From assembly GCA_040954595.2 (NCBI GenBank), contig CM082595.2, positions 1-64,000 on the forward strand: DNA of 64,000 nt, in the 5' to 3' direction. Below the pieces are notes generated by a model that was not told the DNA's origin, did not search any database, and worked only from the letters and a program-made list of their open reading frames with translations. Positions 49,059 through 62,000 of the stretch are shown in pieces; the first letter of the stretch is position 1; each line of letters opens with the position of its first letter. Origin of the DNA: Balanoglossus misakiensis (taxonomy: Eukaryota > Animalia > Hemichordata). The position numbers were made by a program, and so were the translations under genes.

Positions 49059-52000
49059 ATGAAGATTTTTATTTTTTGCCTCTTGCTGTGTCTATGCGTT
49101 GACCTTATATGGTGTGGAAATGAAAAATATATCAAGGCGCCAAAGAACAAGATACCTGGGTCTTACATTGTTGTGATGAAGGTGAGATTTTTACCCCAGA
49201 GTGCTTCTTTTTCATTTCATAATAGCACTTATCCCTTCAGGTCACAATTATCCTCTCAGATCATGTAAAATTTCTGCTAATTAACAAAATGTGTTAGCAT
49301 TTGTAACGCTGCGCTTCCAGCGATTGGCCTGACTGGGCGATGGGGATGATGACGTCATGAAAAGAAATTAAATGTACTAGGACTGGCTCTGTTGCATTTT
49401 AATGGCGGCAACTCGTAAATTGCCAACAGGGCATGACAAATATTGGCCAGCAGTACCTGTCAATCTTACATCACGTGATACACTGCACATTTCTCGTCAC
49501 ACGCAATTTGATGAACAATCGGGCGGAGTTTCGAGACGATGTGGGCGTTCTTAGAACCTTAATGTTTGATAGAAGGAGAGAATTAAATACACTTCCTATA
49601 AGCAGCAGGCCCTAAGTGTTGATTTTAATTCGACCGGTCATTTGAAATCGAGTTTTACAAAGTACATCATCAACTTTCTTTCAATAGCTGCCAGCATAAA
49701 CTAATTTTAAAGCTCCCGTGTCAAACTATCCAAGTACCACAAGAATGATGGGCTGGCAATTTTCAGTATGTAGGTGTGACTTAGCAATTGATTCACCACT
49801 GCTATGAATTGGCCCTAAATAATCTCTATGCGATCTCCAGTGAATCATGTTTCTAGATTTAAATTATTGAATTCGTCTTTACTGAATTATTAAAGACTTC
49901 TCGCCCCCTTTCCATCCTAGGATAACAGTGATGTCGATGAAATCGTGTCGCAAGTGAACTCACATTTCGACAAAAATGCTGAGATCAAACAAAAATTTAA
50001 GGGTAGAATGAAAGGTATTGTTATCAACTTACCAGAAAACGATCACCAAGACTTGGATGAGGTAAGTTATTACAAAAGGATGTTTGACTTTGTTGGTTTG
50101 TCAAGTAAAGTTCAACTTTTCAAATCATCTCTGGTAGCGCCAGTATAATACAATAATGTTTATTTGAATTAAGAGAGATTATAAATCGCACAGATATCAA
50201 AATTATTTCTCAAGGCTCCTCATTAAAACAAATGTATTGACGGTGGGTTTTTTTCAAACACAGCTTCTGGCTGACCCACGTGTTGACTACGTTGAAGAAG
50301 ACGCGATGGTGAGCGTTTCCTCCACCGCCGATTCATGGGGATTGGACCGCATAGATCAGGTCGACCTGCCATTGGATGGCAAGTATTTTGCACCGGGTAA
50401 GCGAGAGGTGCTTGCGCGCACCTAGCCAATAAATTCGTAGAAATATAAGCTTAGAAATATATGCAAATTTTCATTTAAATACGCTGTCGACATTGGCTAG
50501 TTTATTTATTCTGCATATCACCAATAAAATACCAGTTTCCCGACAATTACAAATTGATCGACGGTATATATTCAGTATAGTGTTATAGCTTTGTTATTTT
50601 ATTTTATTGTCTACCAGGTGATGGCACTGGTATTGATGTGTATGTGGTCGATTCTGGAATACAATATAACCAGGTGGACTTCGCCATTAAGCCAATCAGT
50701 TTTGTAGATGTCACGGGCAAAAAGGTGAGAGAAAACGATGAACTTCATTTATATGCATAGGAGTGTACAATGTACTTTGTGTGCCAGTACGTATACGTAC
50801 CACCATTTGGGTCGGGTTCTTAGCGGCATAAATTATATTTGGGTTCAAATTGACCGTTTTGGTAAAATATCAATCCCACTTTCCTCTCTCTTTCCTACTT
50901 TTAAAGAAAGATACAGATTGCAACGGCCATGGAACTCACGTTGCGGGCACGATCGGCAGCACTACCTATGGCGTGGCCAAGAATGTCCAACTTCACTCCG
51001 TCCGTGTGTTCGGATGCACCGGAAGTGCCCCTTGGAGTACAATTATAGCAGGTACTCACCGTTTGTGTGATGAGATGACAACCTTACCGTGGCCGAAATC
51101 GACACACTGTGTAGGTTTCAAACCTACACTGTCCCTTTGCTACAAAATGCGCGCGTACGGTGTAGGTTTCAAACCTACACTGCCCTTTGCTACACAATGC
51201 GCGCGTACGGTGTAGGTTTCAAACCTACACTGTCTCTTTGCTACAAAATGCGCGCGTACGGTGTAGGTTTCAAACCTACACTGTCCCTTTGCAACAGAAA
51301 AATATTCACACAAATGTCTACATATAACACGCAAAATCATCACTCACCTCCTTGTTTATCTACCTAACGACCCAGGCGAGACTCAGTTTACCTGCAGTAC
51401 AGATGAGAAAAAGCGGGCGGCTGTTCGTTTGTTCGCAAAATCTCATACTCCAGTACTGTACTTCCGGTGGACACTACTTGAAACCCAGGGGGAAACCTAC
51501 ACTTGCTTTTTTCGTTTCACCAAAGGGACAGTGTAGGTTTGAAACCTACACCATGTGTCGATTTCGGCCACGGTACAACCTAGCTATTTACAGAAATAAC
51601 AAACCGTTCTACAGCCGTAGTTTATGGATGTACCGGTAAACAGATGTAATTGTATCCGATGCTTTGAATAAGCCCTGCAGAGAAGCCACGTCACCAAGAC
51701 TATCTGTCCGAATCCCATTGTCGCCATAATCCAGTCCTCTTTACGGCAGTTTTAGCAATAAAAGAACAGTCATATCCTTACACACAAACGCAAAGTTTAA
51801 TTCCCGGTAGTCTGGAGTATAATTATTGAATGCATTATTCGTTTTGTTACTCAACAGGTATCAACGAAATAACCGAAAAGGGGACAGCGCCCGCTGTGGT
51901 CAATCTGTCGCTGTCGGGCTTTAGCAATCAAGCGGCCAACGACGCAGTGCAGTATCTCAAAGAGGCAGGGTTTCTGCCAATCGCTGCTGCCGGCAACATG

Positions 52001-53083
52001 GCCGATGACGCCTGTTTATATACACCGAGCGTTAGTCCGCATGTATGTGGTTCACTTTCCGTTTCATGTTCATAGAAACATACAGCGGAATCAGCTTGAG
52101 TTGTACAAAAGGAATGTACTATCAATTTTGTCATCATTCCAGTTGATAAAAAAAGAGACTTTTCGTCGGTTATTTTCAGAGACCCTTTATGTTAAAGAGC
52201 GATCGGTTGTAAATGTCACACGTACATATACAATGTATACGAGTCATGCAGACTGATACTTGTTACACTAGCAACAAGTCCGAGAGTGAAAAACAGACAG
52301 ACAGGATTCATCAGCATTGTAATTAAGACACTCAACTTATTTTGTGGTCTTTCTCTTCAGGCTCTCACCGTTGGTGCCACTGATATCGATGACAGTAGGT
52401 ACCTCGGTTCAAATTACGGGCCCTGTACAGACATTTATGCTCCTGGTGTTAATATTATCAGCCTCGTGAACAGCAGGAAAGGCACAGCCGTGAAAACCGG
52501 TACTTCCATGGCGGCTCCACACGTGGCAGGTACAACAACTTTTGTTTTTGTTTTTTTTGGTTTTGTAATCACTTTGGTCACGCTGCTTTCTGCGTGGTCA
52601 AATACAATGTCTGTCTCTACTCGTTACATTATTCTTACTACTCTACAGCTCTCCTCTGAGGCGGTACGATGAGACATTTTATTATATTTGATGACCTAAC
52701 TGACAAAATGTTCTGAATTATTTGGTATTCAAATCACGCACGTTTCATTTAATGCGGCGGTAACATATGTGAAGGAAAATGTTCACATTCATCTAAAAAG
52801 TAATAATCCCTCTCTCTCGCATTCTCCGTTCGACATGTTACATTCCCTCTCATTCTACCTGTCTGTCGGTCTATGTTTGTATTACCCTGTCTCTGTTCCC
52901 GAATGACTACGTGTGCCAACTGCCGCTCTCCATCTCTCTCCTCCAGGTATCGCCGCCCTTATATGGGCTGACAACCCGACCCTGTCTGTCGACCAAGTGT
53001 GGTCCCAAGTCCTAGCGCAAGCCACGCCCGGTAAAGTTACAGGCGACAACGTGGGACCGAACGACCTACTGGCTTACGTGTAG
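49059..53083 (+). CDS. Secreted subtilisin, proteinase K subfamily (S8A), copy 4 (~379 aa, 8 coding exons)
   Basis: Exons 49059-49181, 49921-50061, 50264-50396, 50618-50724, 50907-51051, 51858-52042, 52361-52529, 52947-53083; motifs [57 protein letters not shown]. Confidence 0.93.
51085..51575. mobile_element. MITE with long TIRs and internal 51-bp palindromic tandem repeats, in intron 5 of protease 4
   Basis: TACCGTGGCCGAAATCGACACA...TGTGTCGATTTCGGCCACGGTA; flanking CAACCT duplication (51079-51084, 51576-51581); GTGTAGGTTTCAAACCTACAC palindrome at 51109, 51160, 51210, 51261 and ~51531. Confidence 0.88.
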
Positions 53084-54272
53084 ATGTGGTTGCGTCTGCC
53101 CGAGGAAATTCACCGAATAGGATTGCAATTCAAATATTGTCTCTTCTGTGATTCTCTGCAGATAATCACACTTCACTGATATCAGGTAGCTGCGAAATCT
53201 ATCAGCAGAAATTTTACCAAAACTTGTAAAACCATACGTTTAGGGTTTTAATAAGATAGGGTTTTCTTTTGTTATCCCCGTCGTACGACAGCGCCAAAAC
53301 ATAGCTTTTTCCAATGAAAAGAGTTGGCATTATTCATGGCAGGTTTTCATTCGTTATCTGTAACTATTTCACCACGTTTTGCTGAACATATAAAAAAGCT
53401 GTGTTGGTAAAAATGCTGGATGTTTCACCGTGCTTAAAAAATTAAAATATTTATGACGAAAAATAGGTTATGTTTTTCTTTCTTTTGTCGGTCACTTAAC
53501 ACAAGTTTAAATCCCTGAATATGTAGGGAAGAAACAACGTGAAGTAAAGTGTGTTTTTTTCTGAAAGGTACAAAATGACGGCAGTATCCAACTCTCACAC
53601 AAAACTTTCTCCTATAGTTTGTCACGATACCAAGGTATTGGTTGAACTTGTTCACATGATGCAAGACAGATGAATCCATCGCAAGTTAAGTCAGGCCAAC
53701 CGTCAAATTATCCATGTACACACCATTTATCGTCTTGAATTAAAAAAAAAACATATTTTTTGTCAAAATGTTTAAAATAAAATGTACTGGCATCGGTAAC
53801 TTAGTTTATGTGTATAAATAAAAGTCTATAGTTGAAAGACATCTTTGGCAGTGGCGGCTTCATCTTTAATAATAAAATGAAAACTTAAAAATGTCCACAA
53901 ACGAGCATCCACGGATGATTTCCTGCTGAGGGTGGAACAAAGAAGGAAACTTTCACTTTCATTTCTATCGAACGCGCATTCAAGTTTAAGGCAATATTCA
54001 ATGTACCTGTAATTTACCTTTAATATAATATGTTAACCGTGTCATAGTGACTTGGCGCGCTGCAAGCAACGTTTGGTTGTTTGTTTGGTTGGTTATTTGC
54101 GTAAATGTTTGCTTTTATGTAACGAAACATTTGCATATTACGTATTCATAGCAGAGACATTATTTTATATAGAAATAATAAACTATAAACATTTGTAAAA
54201 ACCTTTACAATTCCCCTCCTTTCCAATGAAATTCCGAGTTAAACAGTAGCAGTCACGCCTAATTCATCGTAT

Positions 54273-57200
54273 TTAAACCTGAGAAATGCCTGTACTGATT
54301 TGAAAAATATGAACTGGCCGCGTTTTAGTGTTCATGATCATCTCCTCGGCGCCGTCATTGGACTTTCCGCTGCTGATTCGAACTTTCCTTCTTCTGTTTT
54401 TAACTTTTGGGGAATATCGCTTGAGCAGCTTAAACTCATTACCGTCACCCTCGTTCTCCTGTGTAAAAACTTCGTCATCTTCTATTTCGTTCTCGTAAGC
54501 GAACAGGGACTGTCGGACATCAGAGTGGCCGGACGTAAGGATGCCCTCTATGTCTGGATTTAATTTGTCTTTCCTGTTTTGCACTAGATGTTGGTTTGAA
54601 TGTCGGTTTCTGTTATCCAGGGCCTTGGCGTTCGATTTCAATTTTATTTTCACTTCGGATCGATAAAGTACCAATGGAGACTTTTCTAAACTTTTTGCCA
54701 GATCATTTTCATTCACATCCGGGTCTCTCTCTGGAAGCCATTCTCGCACTGCATCATGGCCATTTTCTGAGTCAACGTGATCCGACATGTCCGCGTTGAC
54801 TGCATGGTCACTTTTCTGGTGACACCCTGCTCCGGCCTTCCCTGTTTTATTCTCGTTGACATGGCAACCACATTTATTGCAAATGACATCTTCCTTTTTA
54901 CTCTCGGGGGTCTTCGATGAGCGCCTCTTCTTGGTTAGTTTCCTTGGTGACACAGCTGACCGCGCAGGCGTTTCGCTTACGTCGACGGTTGTAACCGCAT
55001 CCGAATCGCTGCCTGCGACGTAACCGGAGTTCACGTTGCCGAAGGTGCCGTTAGATTCGTGTGAGTATTTGCTCTTGGTTGGCAACGACGGATATTTCTT
55101 GTGCGCATGCGACACAGCGGTGACGTCGGAACACTCTGTAGACGAACCGATACCTGAACTGGTACTACTTCTAATGTGCGGCAATTGGTGACCTAGCGTG
55201 GACACTTTTTCCAGTTTAATCCCTCTATCCGTCTCTGATGAATTATCCGATCCGCGGTCACTTTGACTTATTCGCCTGACGTACTGGTTGTACGGAATCT
55301 CGTTTTCTGAAACGTCACCACTGCTTGGGTAGACATCGTGTGTGACGTCACTGGCACTGCTATCTCGCGCCGGCGCATCTCTCCTTGGAGTTGTTTGCGT
55401 GGCTTGCTCTTGGAGGACGGTCGTCCGAGATTGTAGATTGGTCGCCGCCTTTGACGGAGCTCCAACAACGCCATCTTCGGTGTTTTCCCTCGGGAGGCAA
55501 TGAAGGGCATTAATAGATGTCTCATGTGAGTCCCTGTTTGATTTTTCATTTTCACTATTTACCAAAGAAATGGGACCACTGTCTTCATTTTGAATCTGTA
55601 ATCTGTGCTTATTGTTTTTGTCGTAGATAATAACAGAGGGCCATAAATGTTGCGGTGGGTTACCTGTCATGCTATCTGACGGCAGAGATTTCGATTTTGC
55701 GTGTCTGTTGACAATATGACTTCTTTCCCTCTCGATGTACCCAGGTTCGAGTTCTTCTATATATTCGTCATTATAACCCCTTTGCGCAAGATCCCTTTTT
55801 AAATTATGACGAACATTCCTACTTCGCCGTCGCTCTTCATTTATTTCCGTTAAATCTCCAGAATTATCATCCAAAATCTCATTTTCGTTCCTGTATACTT
55901 TGCCTAATGTCCGCGCATTTTCTTGTGCTGGTGGCTCCGCTGCAAAGCTCCTTGAAGATGATTTTTCTCTCGACGTTTGCGTCTTGTTCGCCTCGTCGTG
56001 GCGCAGGTCCCGAATGACAGCTCTATCAGCATGCTTTCTTTGTTTCTCTGTACTCAGGACATGCTGGAAGACCAAATTGTAAAATTGCGGATTATCTCCA
56101 TGGAGACCCCGGACAACCACCTGTTGCTCGCGTGATCTCTCGCTGCTCTCGCTCTCCGTTTTCGACGAAGCCACCTTTCTCGCGATTGACTCCCTCCCGC
56201 CGGTATGGTGGCAACCGGAAAACATCCTTCCGTACATCGCCCGGCACGTAAAACACGGCCGATAACCGGAGTGGTTGTAAAGGCAAGTCTCTATCTTGAC
56301 TGGGATGTTTTCAGCGGATTTGCTGCGCCCTCTGCGTGGATAATTTCCGATTCTGTCGTCTCTGTACTGTGGTAATCCTCCGTCCCGGACCGTCGGTTCG
56401 GGACGTTTGTTTAGAATATTTTCGCTCTGACGACGCTCTCTCGTGTCTGGTGTTTCTTGTTGAGAGGGACGACTCTCCCGAACACCGGTCTTGACAACAA
56501 TTTGTCCATGGTTACCGCCCCTCGCTTCGTTTCTGTACGAACGGAAGTCCTCGGTGCTTCGAGTTCTTTTCGGTCTTTCAACCCTCGTGACGTTGCTATA
56601 GAGATCATCAAATATTTCATCGCATGACTCGCAGTAGTCTGCAAAGGAAAATACGAAAAGTAATGTTTCAATTGTGTTCCGCGCAAAAAATCCGGCCCAC
56701 TCTGGTGTCGCTATACTCCCCAAGGGATGGAAATCAGTAATCTCAATTAATCAACTGACCAGATGTACAAGAAGTATAATAATCGAAAGGCAGATATTTT
56801 GCCAAATTTATTTCCATGTACGTCACTATCGTCTCATTGAAGTTAACTGCGACTATGCTTTCCAAACACAACATACAAATTGTACTTGTACATCACGGTT
56901 CGCGCAATGACAAGGGTGGCCATAACTGTCCTTTGGTGTTCGACAATGTTTCACATACCAGAAAAAAAGCGACATTAGTAACCGATATGGAAAATTGTAA
57001 TTTTTTATATCGGTAATAATTTAAGGTTTTAAAGGCCGCTTCTTTGTTACAATGAGTCTGAGTCAGTCTTCAATCAGGCACATCTCAAATCATGCATTAC
57101 TTTGGGTTGGAAAAGATCCATTCAATTGAATGAAGTCATAATAAATTTGCGGATCTGGCTCGGGTGCCAAAGTGAACAATTGTATCCGTGGGAAACAATG

Positions 57201-58634
57201 TCAAAGGTCACCCCCATAAATCAATCACTCACCTTCGCTCCAGTCACTGCAGCTTTCGTCGCTATAGTAACTACCAGAACAGCTGCTGCAGGAATCCGAA
57301 TCGCTCCAGCTCCCTGTATCCGGGACATATTTCTCTAGCCTCGTCCGCGGTGTGTACCTCGAGTGTTGTTCTTCTTTCAGTGCATCGATAGAGACTACAC
57401 CGGGATATTCCCCGGCAACCGTCACCCGCTCATTCCATCTCACGCTGTATGACTTCCGGATGGCGGTCGACGGCCGCGAACGATTGGCCAGTATGGATTT
57501 GGAGCTAAATGATCTGACAAGAGGCTGATCCCGAGGCTGACTTTCTTCGCGTTGCTGACGTCTTGATGAGACGTCCCCCATACTAAGGCATCTGAAATAA
57601 AGCAAGACATTTCAATACGATGCTCTTGCTGCGGTGATGTACGTTAAATAAAGTCGGGTGTTTTTACCGAATTTTAGATAATACACCAAAACGCAACTTA
57701 AAGTAAGAAAAACTTTAGATTCGTGACTAAAATTCAATAGTAAAGAAATATATTCTGGCCATGATTGAGATTTATGTAGAATACTCTAATATTAAAGTCC
57801 GGTATTTCCTGCCAATTTTATGTCAAACGATGTCGACAGCTGCTTACGGGTTTTCAACATATTAGAAGTCGTAAATTTCCAAGGTCAGTAAAAATTTAAG
57901 TTTTGCATATGGTCATGTTGTATAAACGTTACGGTCTAGTTATTTTACGAGTAGCAATGTGTATTTTTCCGGGTTTTTTTTTCTTTAAATGTAGATTCTC
58001 TTTGTTGTAGTAGCTGGCCCATTTTGTTCTCAAATCAGTGCGTGATTCCACTCATGCCTACCTTCTGGGAGTCCCTAAATTGTTGTGATGTAACGTTGGC
58101 GTAGTTGGAGTTGACCTTGAACCAGACAGTCCCGCTGTTGTTGTTCGTCTCCTGTCATACCAAGGATCTGGAAAAAGGACAACAAAGGACACAGCATTGT
58201 ACTACTACTGTAATAGACATGTATTACCATGTATGCATGCAAGGTGAACTCTCAGACAACTGTCGGTAGAACATTTCAGCGCAATATTTTACTGGTCTTT
58301 TAATGGGAAATTTCGAATGTAAACTACTTGATAACAATAACAAGGTTATATACGCGCTTTGTATACGCCAACCAATATTTTATGTTGGTACATGTAACAT
58401 GTTGGCAGTCAATTCTGTCGACTCTTAAAGGAAACGGGGCTGCATGCTTTCAGGCCATATTCTGGATATAGCGACCCAATCAATCACGCCTCGAGCTTTC
58501 CAAATTCGCAATTCATCTTCTAAATGGGGTAATATTGTAAACGCTCGGCAATGCCCGATTATTAGTCGCGAATCTCGTCACATGTGCGTTCACGCACTGG
58601 ATGTTGACAATTTGCGAACTGCACTAGAAATCAT
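54273..58634 (-). CDS. Uncharacterised Ser/Arg/Glu-rich, probably disordered protein (~955 aa if independent; 5' end uncertain)
   Basis: In-frame GT-AG exons 58634-58598, 58167-58062, 57591-57233 and 56638-54273 (2.37-kb open exon); small Cys clusters (CESC, CFTC, CNKCGC); ends in -ISQV. Confidence 0.7.
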
Positions 58635-59046
58635 TAGTTCCACGAGACTTGTCGCGCTGTTGTTGGCTGTGGACAGAAATGTCACCGGGCTTCGCTGTCG
58701 GTCGGCGCCCACAGTCCGGTCACATTGAAATGCAAATTTTGAGAAAAAAAGTAATCACGATTTCAGCCGAAAATAAGACGTTGGATTTCAATCGAACACC
58801 TGTTGTGAGACTGTGCTGCTTGGTAGAATTGCCGCCACGGTCTTTGAGAGCATTCAGGGGATTCTTGTAACTACACTAAATTGAAGAGATGTCAACAAAG
58901 CGAAAGTGAGTGACTGCGTTGCGGGTAGATCTTAGTCACATTAGGCCGCGTTGCCCAAGCAGCAGCAATGTTTACTTTTCTTTCTCTCTCAAAATTTATT
59001 AACGTTTTATTCGATAACAAGATATGCCGTTTTATTTTCTCTACAT

Positions 59047-62000
59047 CTAAGCTACCCCTTTCAGCTCAGCGTCAACAATGGGCGCTGCGCCATCTGGTTT
59101 AAGAGCGCATGGGTCCCGGACTACAGAAGACAATGCATAGTAACCGGTCGTTGAAATGTTGTCGATCCATACTGAAAAAGAAATGTTCTCGAAAACTTAC
59201 TTGATGGTGGAGTGCGTTCCTTTTCCTTCTTCCGACACGGAGAGTAGATTCGAGTGATGATATACCAGTATCCTTTGCGGTATGGCTCGTACAAACACAG
59301 GATGATGAAGGGGTTGATGACTGAATTCAGAACAGCCAATCGCACAGCGATAAAATCGACGACAGGACTGATTTCCTGACCAACTTGGGCGGCAGTAATG
59401 ACCCCCTAGGGAGAGAAAAAAGTTGAAGAATTTTATTAAAGTTAGTGTTTATATATGAATATATTCTGGCCGTCAGCTTCCGTTTCCTGGGAAAATTTGC
59501 AGGAATATCACCAAATTTAAAAATGTATCCTTAATAACGCTGTGCGTTTGGCTTCTATCTCAAAACTATAGAAAGCGTCGCTTTAAACCCTGGCCAATCC
59601 GAATTGAGAGAACTAAACGCCATTTAAGATTATACAAAGTAGATGCAGTGTTCCTTAAGGGACCAAACATAAGACATACAAGAAAGATCTTCAATAGACG
59701 AACCGCCCCCACCAACAAAAGCCAGCGTTCTCGTGCTACTCATGCAGCAGGGTTAGTATTTCACCAGTCGCCATAACAGATCACTGAGCCGACCTTCTGC
59801 CTTTTCAGATGACGTGAACCTTGACACAGGCAGAAGGTCAGAGGTCACACAGTGATGAAAAGAGTCCCTTCTAATCTTTAAATTTAAGATGGCTGTAGTG
59901 TTTTAGTCTTTAAGAGTGCATGTTTGTGTGACAGAGCAGTGACCCTGTTTTATTGAGTGCATTAGCGCTAGAGGGTCCGGCCCCTGGGACAACCTGAAGT
60001 ACTACCGTTTTGTTCTGTTTTTCTAAATGTACAATCATGACTAGTGAGTCTTTACGAAGCATCAGGAGGGAGGCAGACAGGGAGGGGGAGCGGGAGAGAG
60101 AGGGGAGGATGAGGGTTAGGGTTAGGGTTAGAGGGGAGGATGAGGCATGTTTGGCTCATGGGTGAGTGGAGATATTGGAAATCTTTGGCTTTTTTCACTT
60201 TTTCCATTTCTGGACTTTCATAGACAAAAAACGCTGCATAAAGGTCATTCTAGGTTGGTCCATGATTGTTACCCGACACCGGTGCATGTGACCGCGAAAT
60301 CCCATCTTTTCGCCTTCAAATCAAACCGGTGGACTTTTCAGTCATCATTATATGCGCATGCGCGACTTGGTGTCGCCACATGATGCTGTAATCGTCATCG
60401 TTCTGGCCAGTCTCTTTTGATCGATAATAGCGTCACAGTATGCTGCCGTTAGTGTCATGAAGGTTAGGGAAGCGAAGGTGGTCCAATATGTAATGATCTA
60501 ATTATGGGGATAATCACCAGTTGAAAATAAAAGTTTTAGATGTAAATACGTTAACATTCTTCTTATATTTCGTTTGAAAAGGTTACTATTATTGTTTGGA
60601 TTACTGAATAAGTAATAACGTGTTGCTACCAGAAATTCCAAAATCGTGTTTCTAGTTTTTCAATCATACCTTGTACGTCGAATTCACTAATTGATAACAT
60701 GGCATAGCTGATTGTTATTGTATCAATTTTTTTGTCTCTGAGACTGAGGAAACAATTAGAAACCAAGAAACGCCATTACTGCATTAATGTCAGTCACGAA
60801 CGATCAGTCTACTCTCATGTAATGATTACCTGAGCCTACAATGACGTCATTAATATTTAATGACGTACGCGGTTGGGGCATTGATTTTAGATTAATGCGG
60901 GTCTTGCCATTCTACTCAATGGCTCAAATGGTCACAATTAGTTCGTTTTGAATAAATCTGAGGCGAAAAGATTATACGTAGTCCTCAACTTTTTCTCCAT
61001 GGCGATTGTTTTCACCAATATTTTTCAATTTTTGGGTTTTTTTTACGCACCCACGTCAAGCTGTCAATGCTTTAGATGTAAACAATTGCAGTCGAGGAAG
61101 CAAGCAAATAAAAAACGCGGCTGCAGTAGCGGCGAAAATAATAAAGTCTAACACAAAGTACGTGCGCCCATTCACCCCTCTCTCCTTTCCGCCCCCCCCC
61201 CCCCTCTCTCTCTCTCTCTCTTGTTAAATGTTTCCACTTACTAGTAGTGGTGTCCATGTAATCCAGTAAACCATCAGCAGTACCCAGCTCATCCTCGTAA
61301 ACATAGCTTCCAATTTGAGACACGTCTCCTGCGATCCTGGTGACCCATGGTTACCATGGAAACCAGGACTCCGCGTCAATTCGGGCACCTCTTCGGAGAT
61401 CTCCGCGAGCCTCCGCGACATATGTTTCCTCCTTGTGATAAATTTCCGCAGAGTACAAATCACCGAGACGTAACAAAACAGAACTATAAACATAAAAAAG
61501 TAACCGATGAATAAAATGGTGATGGAGTAAGCGGTTGACATCGGAGTGGTCCGTCCGTAGTCAAAATGGCAGTAGGCATTGTGGGTACCGTATGGTTTCA
61601 TGTGTCCAGATCCCAAGACTGGAATGATGGCAATGACCGAGGCGGCTGCAAGACCGCCGAGGCAAAGAAACACGGTCCTTTTCACCGTGACCTTCGATTT
61701 GTAGAAGAACGGCCAACATATCGCCAGGTAGCGATCCACGGCCATCAAAGTCAGAACGAACATGGAGCCGCCGTTGGTGGCGAACGATAACCACCCGAAG
61801 ATGTCGCAGAGGGTGACGTCTTTGGAGAAATCCCACGGGCTGAGGTAGGCGTACACGGCAATGGGGACTGGAAGGATTCCCGTTAAGAGATCTGAGATAG
61901 CGAGAGCGGTCACCAGAACGTCGGGTACCGCTTTAGGCTTGAATCGGCTGATAACAACCAGTGTGAGGATGTTCCCAACAACCAACACCACATCCATACA

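Noticed and set aside
51109-51290. Palindromic 21-bp repeats with ~30-bp gaps as a mini CRISPR
   Set aside because: The gaps are near-identical to each other and the array lies within a TIR-bounded MITE in an intron.
30250-53083. Recent horizontal transfer or microbial contamination for the proteases
   Set aside because: Seven shared spliceosomal introns, host-type TEs and continuity with a metazoan GPCR; only an ancient origin question remains, which needs a phylogeny.
56639-56723. N-terminal extension of the 816-aa ORF (MGSIATPEW...)
   Set aside because: Begins at a non-ATG codon and spans a polypyrimidine tract and AG acceptor at 56639-56640; it is intronic.
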